From positions 9,765 to 73,764 of the forward strand of contig JAFQGK010000065.1 in the NCBI GenBank assembly GCA_017398335.1: 64,000 nt of DNA, given 5' to 3'. The DNA comes from Bacteroidales bacterium (GTDB lineage Bacteria > Bacteroidota > Bacteroidia > Bacteroidales > UBA932). Position numbers and translations under genes: made by a program. The notes beneath the pieces are model-generated. The model was not told the DNA's origin. It did not search any database and worked only from the letters and a program-made list of their open reading frames with translations. Of the stretch, positions 28,873 through 38,431 are shown piece after piece (the stretch's first letter is position 1; each line of letters opens with the position of its first letter).

Positions 28873-31800
28873 TCATTTCAAGAGATGACCGAGGAATCTT
28901 CGAGCTGTCTCTTCTGACATCCCGCGACGTCCTGCATAGTCTTCATACTGTCTTTCGCTGAGGCTCCTGATTTCCGGATATGCCGCTTCAGGGTGTATGA
29001 AGATCATTCCGCAGATGCTGGCTTCCGGAGTCATTGCGCAGCTTTCAGTCAGATGTATGCCAAGTCCTTCCTGATTGCAGCAAGAGCATCTGCTGTCGTG
29101 TACCTCATGGTGTGCGGAGCCCTCCAGCATGTGAAGTATGTCTTTTTTCAATGTGTGGTCCGGGCAGCTTGAATACCCTGCAGCCGGTTTGATGACCTTC
29201 AATCCTTTTTCACCGCATGTGCCTTGTGCTGTTAGATCGTCCATGATCTTTCTGTCAAGCCATAATGATGCAGCTTCAGCAAGAGTCATTCTTACCGCTT
29301 TGCCTATCAAGTCTTCATATTTGTTGGAGCATGCCGGACAGCAGCAGCCTTCTTCGTGTGCATCAGCTGCTCTGACGCTTATGGCGAAGCAGCCGAATGG
29401 GGAAGTCCTTCCACTGTCTTCCGGTGCGACAAGGTCGCACAATGATCTTCCTTTGCCGTTTTCTTCCCTCAACATCGGAATCTTGAACTGGCCATCATCT
29501 GTTTTTAAAATGATGTCGTCTCCTGAATTACAAGCTGCGAAGAATCTTGCACCAAGCTTTATCCGGAAATTTCCGACTGCAATCTCATCTTCTGCATCCC
29601 TTTTCAGTTGAATAAGTTCCATCGCTTCAAGGGAATGGCTTCCATATCTCACTCCCCAGATGGCGTAGAACATCTTCCAGTCGAAGAAAGGAAGAATCTC
29701 CGATGCAGGGATTTCCATAATGGGGATGTCGCATGGCAAGCATGAAGTATAGCTTTCCAATGCGTATTTTACTCTGGATATTTCAGGACTTTCAGTCTTG
29801 TCCGTTTCTTTCATATACAATCTCCGTAGTTCTTCCTGTCTTATATGTTCTTCTTTTTCAAATGTTTCAGGATCCATTACATATCTCTTTGCCATGACAG
29901 CAGCAGACGAGGCATCCGGACCGTAATAGGTGTGGTTGTATATAGGAGCCAGTTTTACCGCCGTATGAACAGCCGATGTCGTAGCACCTCCGATGAACAG
30001 TGGTGTTGACATGTTTCTGGCCGCCATTTCCCTGCATATGTCTTCCATCTGGTAAAGGGATGGTGTTATGAGACCGCTCACAGCTATTATGTCGGCTCCA
30101 ATTCTTTCTGCTTCCGAAAGGATTGTATCCCTGTCTACCATGACGCCGAGATCATGAACTTCGAAACCATTGCAGTTCAGCACTATACCGGTTATGTTCT
30201 TGCCAATGTCGTGGACGTCACCCTTGACGGTGGCAATGACGATTCTTGGTCTGGTTCTGGACTCCTTTATCTCAGATTCCATATATGGTTGAAGGATGTC
30301 GACGGCATCACGCATGACCTTTGCAGATTTTACAACCTGAGGCAGGAACATCTTTCCTTCTCCGAACATTCTGCCCACAGTCTCCATGCCTTCCATCAGG
30401 GGACCTTCGATTATTCCGACCGCCTTTCGGCCTCCTTCCATAGCCTCTGTCAGGTCAGACTTCAGGTTGTCTGACCGTCCTTTTACTATAGCATTCTTCA
30501 GACGTTCGTTTACGGGAAGCTGAATTTCTGAGGATCGGATTGCAATGGAATCTTTGTCTGAATCCTTTGCAGCCATCATTTCGGCGGCTTTCCCGATAAG
30601 TCTTTCCGTCGCATGGACGTCAACATCGAAGATGACGTCTTCCACACATTTTAGGAGTTCCGGTTCTATTTCATCATATACCTGAAGCATCGAAGGGTTG
30701 ACTATGGCCATATCCAGACCGGCCTTGATTGCATGATACAGAAAGGCGGAATGCATGGCTTCGCGCACGGCATTGTTGCCTCTGAAGGCAAATGAGAGGT
30801 TGGAAACTCCGCCGGAAGTCAAGGCTCCCGGAAGGTTTGCCTTGATCCATCTTACAGCTTCTATGAAATCGACTGCATATCTGGAGTGCTCGGCTATTCC
30901 TGTTCCTATGGAAAGAATGTTTACATCGAATATTATATTCTCAGGAGTGATTCCGGCTTCTTCTGTGAGCAGTCTGTATGCTCTGCCGCAGATCTCTATC
31001 TTACGGTCGAATGTTGTAGCCTGTCCTTCTTCATCAAAGGCCATGACCACCATAGCCGCGCCGAATGTCTTTATGGTTCTTGCCTTTCTGACGAATTCTT
31101 CCGGGCCTTCCTTGAGGCTTATCGAGTTGACGATACATTTGCCTTGGGCGTTCTTCAGACCGGCCAGAATCGTTTCCCAATGTGATGAGTCGATCATCAA
31201 TGCCGCTTTGGCTACAGATGGGTCGTTGGAAACGTATCTGACAAAACGCTCCATTTCCATTGTACTGTTAAGCATAGCATCATCCATATTTATGTCGATG
31301 ATAGACGCTCCGTCCTCAATCTGTCTGGCCGCAATGGAAAGAGCCTCGTCATATTTTCCTTCAGATATCAGCCTTGCAAATTTTCTGGAACCGGCCACAT
31401 TTGTCCTTTCGCCGATATTAGTGAAGTTATTTGTCTCTATATCAATGGATACTGCTTCCAGACCACTTACTGTCAGCTTGGTGCATTTCGTCCCTGCAGT
31501 AGCTTGACGTGGGGCAATTCCATTGAGTGCCGCTGCTATAGCCTTTATATGTTCAGGTGTCGTACCGCAGCAGCCTCCTGCGATGTTCAGCAGGCCTTTG
31601 GATGCAAGTTCCCGGAGCTGTCCGGCCATCTCTTCAGGTTTCTGGTCATAACTTCCCATTTCATTCGGAAGTCCTGCATTAGGATAGCAGCTTATGCCGC
31701 AACTGCACCATTTTGATATATCTTCGATCAGCGGAGCCATTTCTGAGGCACCAAGCGAACAGTTCAAGCCGAACGCAAGGATAGGGTAGTGTCTGATTGA

Positions 31801-32571
31801 TGTATAGAAAGCCTCAAGTGTCTGTCCGGTCAGTGTCCTTCCGCTTCTGTCACCGACTGATACAGAAATCATTACCGGAATCTTGCTCCCGTCAGGGAGA
31901 GGTTGGATGATGGAACCGGCATTTTGCCATCCCCGGCTAGGGGAAGGGGCCCAGCCCGGCTGGGAAGGGGCCGGTGTAGTCACCAACCCCTCCCGGACGA
32001 GGCCCTGAATGCCGTTCAGTGCGGCTTTTACATTCAGAGCGTCAAAACATGTCTCGATAAGGAGAAGGTCGGCACCACCTCTCAGCAAGGCCTCAGCCTG
32101 CTCTCTGTATGCCTCCTGCATCTGCTCAAAACTGTAGGGCCTGTATGCCGGATCAGATGCGTCAGGTGATAAAGACAGTGATTTCGATGTAGGCCCTATG
32201 CTTCCTGCTACCCATACCTTCCGTCCAGTGCTTTTCATATAGCAGTCAGCTGCCTCGCGTGCCAGTCTCGCGCCTTCATATGCCATCATCCCGGCAAAAT
32301 CCTCACAACCGTACTCTGACTGGGATATGCGGTTGGCGCTGAATGTGTTGGTCTCGATGATATCTGCTCCGGCTTCAAGATATTCCTTATGGATGGACTG
32401 GATTATGTCAGGACGGGTAAGGTTAAGACATTCGTTGTTACCTCGAAGCTCTTTCGGACAATTCTCAAAAGGCCCCGTATGGTAGTCATCTTCCTTCAGT
32501 CCATATCTCTGGATGACAGTGCCCATGGCACCGTCCAGAATCAGAATCCTGTCTTTGGGAATTGATATCAT
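28873..32571 (-). CDS. metH: Cobalamin-dependent methionine synthase
   Basis: Motifs LDGAMGT, GGCCGTTPEHI, IGERTNV, DVHDIGKNI, GYSSCPDH. Confidence 0.95.
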   Translation of the reverse strand: MISIPKDRILILDGAMGTVIQRYGLKEDDYHTGPFENCPKELRGNNECLNLTRPDIIQSIHKEYLEAGADIIETNTFSANRISQSEYGCEDFAGMMAYEGARLAREAADCYMKSTGRKVWVAGSIGPTSKSLSLSPDASDPAYRPYSFEQMQEAYREQAEALLRGGADLLLIETCFDALNVKAALNGIQGLVREGLVTTPAPSQPGWAPSPSRGWQNAGSIIQPLPDGSKIPVMISVSVGDRSGRTLTGQTLEAFYTSIRHYPILAFGLNCSLGASEMAPLIEDISKWCSCGISCYPNAGLPNEMGSYDQKPEEMAGQLRELASKGLLNIAGGCCGTTPEHIKAIAAALNGIAPRQATAGTKCTKLTVSGLEAVSIDIETNNFTNIGERTNVAGSRKFARLISEGKYDEALSIAARQIEDGASIIDINMDDAMLNSTMEMERFVRYVSNDPSVAKAALMIDSSHWETILAGLKNAQGKCIVNSISLKEGPEEFVRKARTIKTFGAAMVVMAFDEEGQATTFDRKIEICGRAYRLLTEEAGITPENIIFDVNILSIGTGIAEHSRYAVDFIEAVRWIKANLPGALTSGGVSNLSFAFRGNNAVREAMHSAFLYHAIKAGLDMAIVNPSMLQVYDEIEPELLKCVEDVIFDVDVHATERLIGKAAEMMAAKDSDKDSIAIRSSEIQLPVNERLKNAIVKGRSDNLKSDLTEAMEGGRKAVGIIEGPLMEGMETVGRMFGEGKMFLPQVVKSAKVMRDAVDILQPYMESEIKESRTRPRIVIATVKGDVHDIGKNITGIVLNCNGFEVHDLGVMVDRDTILSEAERIGADIIAVSGLITPSLYQMEDICREMAARNMSTPLFIGGATTSAVHTAVKLAPIYNHTYYGPDASSAAVMAKRYVMDPETFEKEEHIRQEELRRLYMKETDKTESPEISRVKYALESYTSCLPCDIPIMEIPASEILPFFDWKMFYAIWGVRYGSHSLEAMELIQLKRDAEDEIAVGNFRIKLGARFFAACNSGDDIILKTDDGQFKIPMLREENGKGRSLCDLVAPEDSGRTSPFGCFAISVRAADAHEEGCCCPACSNKYEDLIGKAVRMTLAEAASLWLDRKIMDDLTAQGTCGEKGLKVIKPAAGYSSCPDHTLKKDILHMLEGSAHHEVHDSRCSCCNQEGLGIHLTESCAMTPEASICGMIFIHPEAAYPEIRSLSERQYEDYAGRRGMSEETARRFLGHLLK
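31890..31999. mobile_element. MITE/RPE-like palindromic element inserted in frame in metH
   Basis: Terminal inverted repeats CGTCAGGGAGAGGTTGGATGA / TCACCAACCCCTCCCGGACG; GC-rich interior; encodes an extra ~35-aa Pro/Gly peptide. Confidence 0.7.
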
Positions 32572-32577
32572 CTGTTT

Positions 32578-33108
32578 CTATTCTACGTTTATCCATTCGT
32601 ATTCTCCGCCCCATATTTCAAGGAAACGGATGAAATCGGCATTGCTTATTACAGTACTTGCGGTATTATCACAAGGGTGGAAGCTCAGACGCTCTGCATT
32701 CTGCAGGTCGGCGTCCAGGAAGAGTTTCACCCGATGCCCGTTCTCGAAATGCTCCTTTGTCATTTCCTGGTGCCCCATGTCGTTGATCAGGCCGAAAGGA
32801 GATACGGAACCTGGAAGAAGGCCCAGACATCTTTCCATCCTTTCTGGTGATGCGAATGACAGCTTTCCCTGCTTCAGACTTTTTTCCAGAGCATGTATTC
32901 CTAGTTCCTTATGGCATTCAAAGACAACAAGATAATGCCTGTTGCCTTTGTGATTTCTGAAGAAAAGATTCTTGCAATGTGTGGAATCAATGTTTTTCCA
33001 ATATTCCAGAGCGAGCTCTATGGTCGGGAGCGGCGGATGATGATGAGTGACATAATCTATTCCGTGAGTCTCCAGAAATTTCTCTACCTTTTCTATTTTT
33101 GATGACAT
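32578..33108 (-). CDS. Prolyl-tRNA editing protein (YbaK/ProX/PrdX family)
   Basis: Motifs HCKNLFFRN, LSFAS, PGSVSPFGL, FHPCDNTAS. Confidence 0.88.
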   Translation of the reverse strand: MSSKIEKVEKFLETHGIDYVTHHHPPLPTIELALEYWKNIDSTHCKNLFFRNHKGNRHYLVVFECHKELGIHALEKSLKQGKLSFASPERMERCLGLLPGSVSPFGLINDMGHQEMTKEHFENGHRVKLFLDADLQNAERLSFHPCDNTASTVISNADFIRFLEIWGGEYEWINVE

Positions 33109-33120
33109 GTGACGTGATTA

Positions 33121-34263
33121 TTATCCGAGGAAACTGAGAAGGATTCCGGCAGCTACGGCAGAACCGATCACTCCAGCTACATTCGGTGCCATTGCGTGCA
33201 TGAGGAGGTGGTTCTGAGGATCGAACTCTCGTCCCACGTTCTGTGATACTCTGGCTGCATCCGGTACGGCTGATACACCTGCGTTACCGATGAGCGGATT
33301 GATCTTATTACCTTCCTTGCAGAACAGGTTCATTATTTTGGCAAAGCCGACTCCACAGAATGTCGCAACGCAGAATGAGAAGAGACCCAATGCGAAAATC
33401 TTTACTGATGTTGCTGTAAGGAAGACATCTGCCTGGGTCGAACATCCGACCGTAACACCTATGAGGATGGTGACGACGTCAATCATCGGTCCACGTGCCG
33501 TCTCGGCGAGCCTTCTTGTCACTCCGCTCTCTTTCAGGAGGTTACCGAAGAAGAGCATACCGAGAAGAGGCATGCCAGAAGGAACGATGAGAGCCGTCAG
33601 AATGAATCCTACGATAGGGAATATGATCTTCTCCTTCTGGCTGACTGTTCTTGGCGTCTTCATCTTGATGAGTCTTTCCTTTTTTGTCGTCATCAGAAGC
33701 ATTATCGGACGCTGGATCACAGGGACCAGAGCCATGTATGAATATGCCGATACCGCGATAGCTCCCATGAGATGCGGCGCAAGCTTGGACGACAGAAAGA
33801 TGGCTGTAGGACCATCCGCACCTCCGATAATACCGATTGCACCGGATTCGGCCGGTGTGAATCCAATGTGCATTGCAACGATGTATGCACCGAATATACC
33901 GATCTGTGCAGCTGCTCCGATCAGAAGCAGACGTGGCTGGGATATCAATGAAGAGAAATCCGTCATGGCACCGATGCCAAGGAAGATAAGAGGCGGATAC
34001 CATCCCTTCTGCACGCCCTGATACAGGATGTTCATCACCGATCCTTGCTCATAGATACCTATCTGGAGGCCTTCGGTAAACGGAATGTTTCCTATGATCA
34101 TACCAAAGCCGATGGGAACCAGCAGAAGCGGCTCCCAATCTTTCTTGATGGCAACGGTGATGAAAGCTATGCCGATGATTATCATCACCATATGCTGCCA
34201 TGTCATATTTGCAAAGCCTGTATATTGCAGAAACTGCTGCAGGCTCTCAATAACAGTATTCAT
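33121..34263 (-). CDS. mmdB: Na+-translocating decarboxylase beta subunit (OadB/MmdB)
   Basis: Motifs IGIIGGADGPT, AYSYMALVP, NVAGVIGSA. Confidence 0.92.
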   Translation of the reverse strand: MNTVIESLQQFLQYTGFANMTWQHMVMIIIGIAFITVAIKKDWEPLLLVPIGFGMIIGNIPFTEGLQIGIYEQGSVMNILYQGVQKGWYPPLIFLGIGAMTDFSSLISQPRLLLIGAAAQIGIFGAYIVAMHIGFTPAESGAIGIIGGADGPTAIFLSSKLAPHLMGAIAVSAYSYMALVPVIQRPIMLLMTTKKERLIKMKTPRTVSQKEKIIFPIVGFILTALIVPSGMPLLGMLFFGNLLKESGVTRRLAETARGPMIDVVTILIGVTVGCSTQADVFLTATSVKIFALGLFSFCVATFCGVGFAKIMNLFCKEGNKINPLIGNAGVSAVPDAARVSQNVGREFDPQNHLLMHAMAPNVAGVIGSAVAAGILLSFLG

Positions 34264-34279
34264 GTCTTGTCCTTAATTA

Positions 34280-34732
34280 CTACCCGATGGTAACGATTGC
34301 CGCTCCTTCAAGAACTGAGTCGCCTTTTGAGGCATTTACCGCAGTGATAACCCCGTCCCACTCAGCCTGGATGTCATTCTCCATCTTCATTGCCTCAAGC
34401 ACAGCAATGGTCTGTCCTGCCTTGACAGTGTCACCTACCTTTACCTTGATGTCGATAATCACGCCTGGAAGAGGCGAGGTAACAGGTTTTCCCTGACCGG
34501 TTGCAGATACTGGTGCCGGAGCAGGGGATGCAGGCTGAACTGGGGCAGAAGGCGCCTGAACTGCTGATGCGGGAGCTGGTGCTGCCGATGTCTGAGCAGG
34601 CGCTGAAGCATTCTCCATTTCAACCTGATATGAAACTCCGTTTACTGTTACGTCCGCAATATTGCCTGATAGGGAATTGACGGCTACGTCATATCTGTTG
34701 CCATTGATCTTGAAACTGTATTCTTTCATCAT
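34280..34732 (-). CDS. mmdC: Biotin carboxyl carrier subunit
   Basis: EAMKM biotinylation motif; Ala/Pro linker. Confidence 0.9.
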   Translation of the reverse strand: MMKEYSFKINGNRYDVAVNSLSGNIADVTVNGVSYQVEMENASAPAQTSAAPAPASAVQAPSAPVQPASPAPAPVSATGQGKPVTSPLPGVIIDIKVKVGDTVKAGQTIAVLEAMKMENDIQAEWDGVITAVNASKGDSVLEGAAIVTIG

Positions 34733-35103
34733 TTTCTTCGTTTAATTGTAATTATATAGCTTTCGCTATCGTGAACTGTGTCGTTGAAATACTGGTGCAG
34801 GGCCATCCCTATGGCCGCATATGTCTCTCCGTTGAGCTCCTGCTCAAGAGCCATTGCGATTGCCGCCGCTTCTTCTTCGGAAGGAACTCCGGACTTCATT
34901 TTCTTTGCCGGTTTCTTCAAACTGAACTTGCCGTTGACAGCCTTGCCGATCATTGTATATGCGAAATACAGGACTACAAGAGCAAGGAATACTACTGCCA
35001 CAGATACAAGGGTGATAGTCACTCCATGAGGATCCCTGACCGCCATATCCGCGCTTTTCCGCACGACGTTTTCCGACACCTGAAGTATTGTGAATATATT
35101 CAT
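34729..35103 (-). CDS. OadG/MmdD-family decarboxylase subunit
   Basis: Single TM helix, AAIAMAL motif, position in the operon. Confidence 0.8.
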   Translation of the reverse strand: MNIFTILQVSENVVRKSADMAVRDPHGVTITLVSVAVVFLALVVLYFAYTMIGKAVNGKFSLKKPAKKMKSGVPSEEEAAAIAMALEQELNGETYAAIGMALHQYFNDTVHDSESYIITIKRRK

Positions 35104-35111
35104 GACTCCTT

Positions 35112-36674
35112 TTATAATGGAAGATTATCGTGCTTTTTCCATGGGTTTTCCTGAGCTTTGACAGCAAGCTGTTCCAGAGCTCTGATGACGCGGAAACGAG
35201 TGTTCCTCGGTTCTATCACGTCGTCGATATACCCGTATGAGGCAGCATTGTACGGATTGCAGAAGAGGTCGTTATATTCCTTCTTCTTTTCTTCTGCTGC
35301 GGCTGCCTTTGCTGCCGGATCTTCAATTGCCTTGATTTCTTTTGAGTAGAGGATCTCGACGGCTCCCTCAGCTCCCATCACTGCAATGTTCGCCGAAGGC
35401 CACGCATAGTTGATATCACCTCGTAACTGCTTGCAGCTCATGGTTATATGGGCCCCGCCGTATGACTTCCTCAAAGTTACTGTAACCTTAGGTACTGTAG
35501 CCTCTCCGTATGCATAAAGAAGTTTTGCGCCATGGCTGATGATTCCGCCGTATTCCTGCTGTGTTCCGCAAAGGAAGCCTGGCACATCGACCAAGGTGAC
35601 GATAGGAATATTGAAAGCGTCGCAGAAGCGGACGAAGCGTGCTGCCTTACGTGATGCGTTTATATCAAGTACTCCTGCAAGAATCTTAGGCTGGTTCGCA
35701 ACGATTCCTACCGAACGTCCGTTCATATGGGCAAATCCTACGATTATGTTCTTAGCCCAGCTTTTATGAACCTCGAGGAATTGTCCGTCGTCGACGATGC
35801 TTCCTATGACCTGATACATGTCATACGCCTTGTTCGGATTGTCAGGAATGATGTCATTGAGGGCGTCGTCATATCTTCCTGCCGGATCGGCTGTCTCGAC
35901 AAAAGGAGCTTCTTCGCGGTTGTTTGATGGCAGGAAACTGAGCAGAGTCTTGATTGTTGCAATGCCGTCCTCCTCATTTTCTGCTGCGAAATGTGCCACA
36001 CCGCTCTTGCTTGCATGAACGCTTGCACCTCCCAGTTCCTCCTGGGTCACCGATTCACCTGTCACGGTCTTTACCACCCCAGGACCGGTAAGGAACATAT
36101 AGGATGTGTCCTTGATCATAACGGTGAAGTCAGTAAGGGCAGGGGAGTAAACTGCTCCGCCTGCGCATGGACCGAATATGCCTGAAATCTGAGGTATGAC
36201 ACCTGATGCGAGAATGTTTCTCTCGAATATTTCTCCGAAACCGGCCAGCGAGCATATTCCTTCCTGAATTCGTGCGCCGCCAGAATCATTAAGGCCTATG
36301 AAAGGTGCTCCGTTGCGGACAGCCATATCCATTACCTTACATATCTTCTGTGCCATGGTTTCCGACATGGAACCTCCGGATATAGTGAAGTCCTGGGCAA
36401 AGACATAGACAGGACGTCCGTCTATTGTTCCCATTCCAGTCACAACCCCGTCTCCGTCGTACGATGTCTTCTCCATCCCGAAGTTGGTGCAACGATGTCT
36501 GACAAACATATCGAATTCTTCAAAGCTTCCCTCGTCCAGAAGCATCGAAAGTCTTTCCCTCGCGGTCAGCTTGCCTTTCTGGTGCTGGGCATCGATCCTT
36601 TTCTGGCCTCCACCCATTCGTGCGGAAGCCCTGCGCTCTACCAGTTCCTTGATTTTTTCCTGCTGAATGCTCAT
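35112..36674 (-). CDS. mmdA: Methylmalonyl-/propionyl-CoA carboxyltransferase alpha subunit
   Basis: Motifs [39 protein letters not shown]. Confidence 0.92.
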   Translation of the reverse strand: MSIQQEKIKELVERRASARMGGGQKRIDAQHQKGKLTARERLSMLLDEGSFEEFDMFVRHRCTNFGMEKTSYDGDGVVTGMGTIDGRPVYVFAQDFTISGGSMSETMAQKICKVMDMAVRNGAPFIGLNDSGGARIQEGICSLAGFGEIFERNILASGVIPQISGIFGPCAGGAVYSPALTDFTVMIKDTSYMFLTGPGVVKTVTGESVTQEELGGASVHASKSGVAHFAAENEEDGIATIKTLLSFLPSNNREEAPFVETADPAGRYDDALNDIIPDNPNKAYDMYQVIGSIVDDGQFLEVHKSWAKNIIVGFAHMNGRSVGIVANQPKILAGVLDINASRKAARFVRFCDAFNIPIVTLVDVPGFLCGTQQEYGGIISHGAKLLYAYGEATVPKVTVTLRKSYGGAHITMSCKQLRGDINYAWPSANIAVMGAEGAVEILYSKEIKAIEDPAAKAAAAEEKKKEYNDLFCNPYNAASYGYIDDVIEPRNTRFRVIRALEQLAVKAQENPWKKHDNLPL

Positions 36675-36736
36675 ATTTTATAATAGTTTCGTTGTCTTGT
36701 CTTCATGCCCGAAGAGTCTTACAACATTCATTATGA

Positions 36737-36744
36737 CAAAGATA
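36737..36744 (-). promoter_or_regulatory. Sigma-A -7 element (TATCTTTG) for the mmd operon
   Basis: Consensus match ~60 bp upstream of mmdA. Confidence 0.55.
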
Positions 36745-36845
36745 GCATTTTTTCCAACTGACCAAATAAAATTGTGCCCCAGATCCTTTTATTACGCCAC
36801 AATGGCTGTCCGTGTGGTAAAAAACAGCCGATATGAGGTGAAAAC

Positions 36846-36879
36846 AAAAAAATCCGATAGCTTGCGGCTACCGGATTTT
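36846..36879 (-). terminator. Intrinsic terminator after yebC
   Basis: AAAATCCGATAGC-ttgcg-GCTACCGGATTTT stem; the upstream A-run gives a U tail on the minus strand. Confidence 0.7.
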
Positions 36880-36898
36880 CGGTGTATTGCAGTATTTA

Positions 36899-37630
36899 TT
36901 ACGGCTGCATTGTTGTATAAACGTTCTGAACGTCGTCATCCTCTTCGATTCTCTCGATGAGCTTCTCGACATCAGCCTTTGCATCACCTTCAAGGACCTT
37001 GAGGTCAACGTTTGGAAGACGGGTGAATTCTGCAGCGATGAGCTCGTAACCATTGTCCTCGATCCATTTCTGGATAGTGTTGAATGCTGTGAACTCTCCG
37101 TAAAGAACAATCTCCATCTCCTCATTCTCGTTCTCCTCCTCAAAGATCTCTTCTACGCCGTAATCGATCAACTCGAGCTCAAGCTCCTCGAGATCATATG
37201 GATTGGCGCTCTTCATGCGGAACATGCACTTGCGGTCGAACATATAGTCAACACTGCCTGAAGTACCGAGCGATCCGCCGCTCTTTGTGAAATATGAACG
37301 TACATTTGCTACAGTACGGTTGTTGTTGTCGGTAGCAGCTTCAACGAGGACTGCGATTCCGTGAGGACCGTATCCTTCGAATACTACTTCCTTGTAATCT
37401 GCCTGATCCTTGTCAGTAGCTCTCTTGATTGCGCGTTCGATGTTGTCCTTAGGCATGTTCTCGCTGCGTGCAGTCTGGATGAGGGCACGGAGACGAGGGT
37501 TGCCAGTCACGTCAGGGCCTCCCTGCTTTACAGCAATTGTGATTTCCTTTCCGATCTTAGTGAAGACGCGGGCCATATGACCCCATCTTTTGAACTTGCG
37601 CTCTTTTCTGAACTCAAATGCTCTTCCCAT
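36899..37630 (-). CDS. yebC: YebC/PmpR-family protein
   Basis: MGRAFEFRK start; motifs NMPKDNIERAIK, EGYGPHG, TDNNNRT, DDDVQNVY. Confidence 0.92.
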   Translation of the reverse strand: MGRAFEFRKERKFKRWGHMARVFTKIGKEITIAVKQGGPDVTGNPRLRALIQTARSENMPKDNIERAIKRATDKDQADYKEVVFEGYGPHGIAVLVEAATDNNNRTVANVRSYFTKSGGSLGTSGSVDYMFDRKCMFRMKSANPYDLEELELELIDYGVEEIFEEENENEEMEIVLYGEFTAFNTIQKWIEDNGYELIAAEFTRLPNVDLKVLEGDAKADVEKLIERIEEDDDVQNVYTTMQP

Positions 37631-37631
37631 A

Positions 37632-38300
37632 TTACTTGTTTTCGATGCGTGCGATGTATTTGTCGATATCGTAACCCTCCATTGACTGCGGGTACTGATC
37701 CTTGATTGTCTCGTAGAATCCGAGTGCCTTCTCAGCATTTCCGAGCTTCTCTGCTACCATACCTGCCTTAAGGAGGTAACCTGCTGCAAACATATTGTCA
37801 GCTGTTGCTGCTGCTTTCTCGAAGTATCCGAGAGCCTTGCTGTAGTCTTCAAGTCCTACGTAAGCGTCACCGATGCAAGCTGTTGCGCGTGCAGCAAGGA
37901 TAGCATCCTTGCCCTTGTAGCTCTCGAGGTAGTCGATAGCAGACTCGAAGTTTCCAAGCTGGAGCTCACATACTCCTGCATAGAAATATACAGCCTTTCC
38001 TGCCTTTGCACCATACTCGTCGATAATCTGAGTGAAACCGAGCACGTTGCCGTCACCGTTAAGTGCAAGTTCGTAATCCGCAGCGCGGAAATTCTGCTCT
38101 GCAAGAGCCATCTGACCTTCAGCCTCAGCTTTTGCTGGCTGATAAGCGAATTTGAACCAGCAGAATACTGCGATTGCAAGTACTACGATACCGGCTGCGA
38201 TTCCGCCGATGATCTTGCCGTTCTCGTTGAAGAACTTTTCAGTCTTTGAAATTGCCTCGACTACTGCCTCGGCATTCTCGTTTTTGATTTCTTTAGCCAT
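37632..38300 (-). CDS. Membrane-anchored TPR protein (YfgM-like)
   Basis: One TM helix followed by TPR repeats. Confidence 0.8.
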   Translation of the reverse strand: MAKEIKNENAEAVVEAISKTEKFFNENGKIIGGIAAGIVVLAIAVFCWFKFAYQPAKAEAEGQMALAEQNFRAADYELALNGDGNVLGFTQIIDEYGAKAGKAVYFYAGVCELQLGNFESAIDYLESYKGKDAILAARATACIGDAYVGLEDYSKALGYFEKAAATADNMFAAGYLLKAGMVAEKLGNAEKALGFYETIKDQYPQSMEGYDIDKYIARIENK

Positions 38301-38363
38301 ATTAATCAGTTTATATATTTGTCAATAATAGATCGGGAAATATCCCTGTACAAAAACAGTCGG

Positions 38364-38412
38364 CAAATTTAGGAAAAAATGTTCAAACTCCCAATTAAAA
38401 TGGTTATCTTTG
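38364..38412. promoter_or_regulatory. Divergent sigma-A -7 elements (TPR gene / recF)
   Basis: TAAATTTG on the minus strand at 38364-38371; TATCTTTG on the plus strand at 38405-38412. Confidence 0.65.
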
Positions 38413-38431
38413 CCTTCTATAGAAAAATAAT

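Noticed and set aside
30755-31507. Long antisense ORFs (also 33290-34021, 39071-39817, 42855-43820, 48256-48927, 56431-57162)
   Set aside because: Shadow frames opposite well-supported genes; no motifs.
34500-34615. Low-complexity APA repeats
   Set aside because: Known flexible linker of biotin carrier subunits.
36899-37738. Extended ORF-track start for yebC (likewise ndk, yicC and the 23861 phosphoesterase)
   Set aside because: The extensions overlap neighbouring genes or promoters; conserved N-termini indicate the downstream ATGs.
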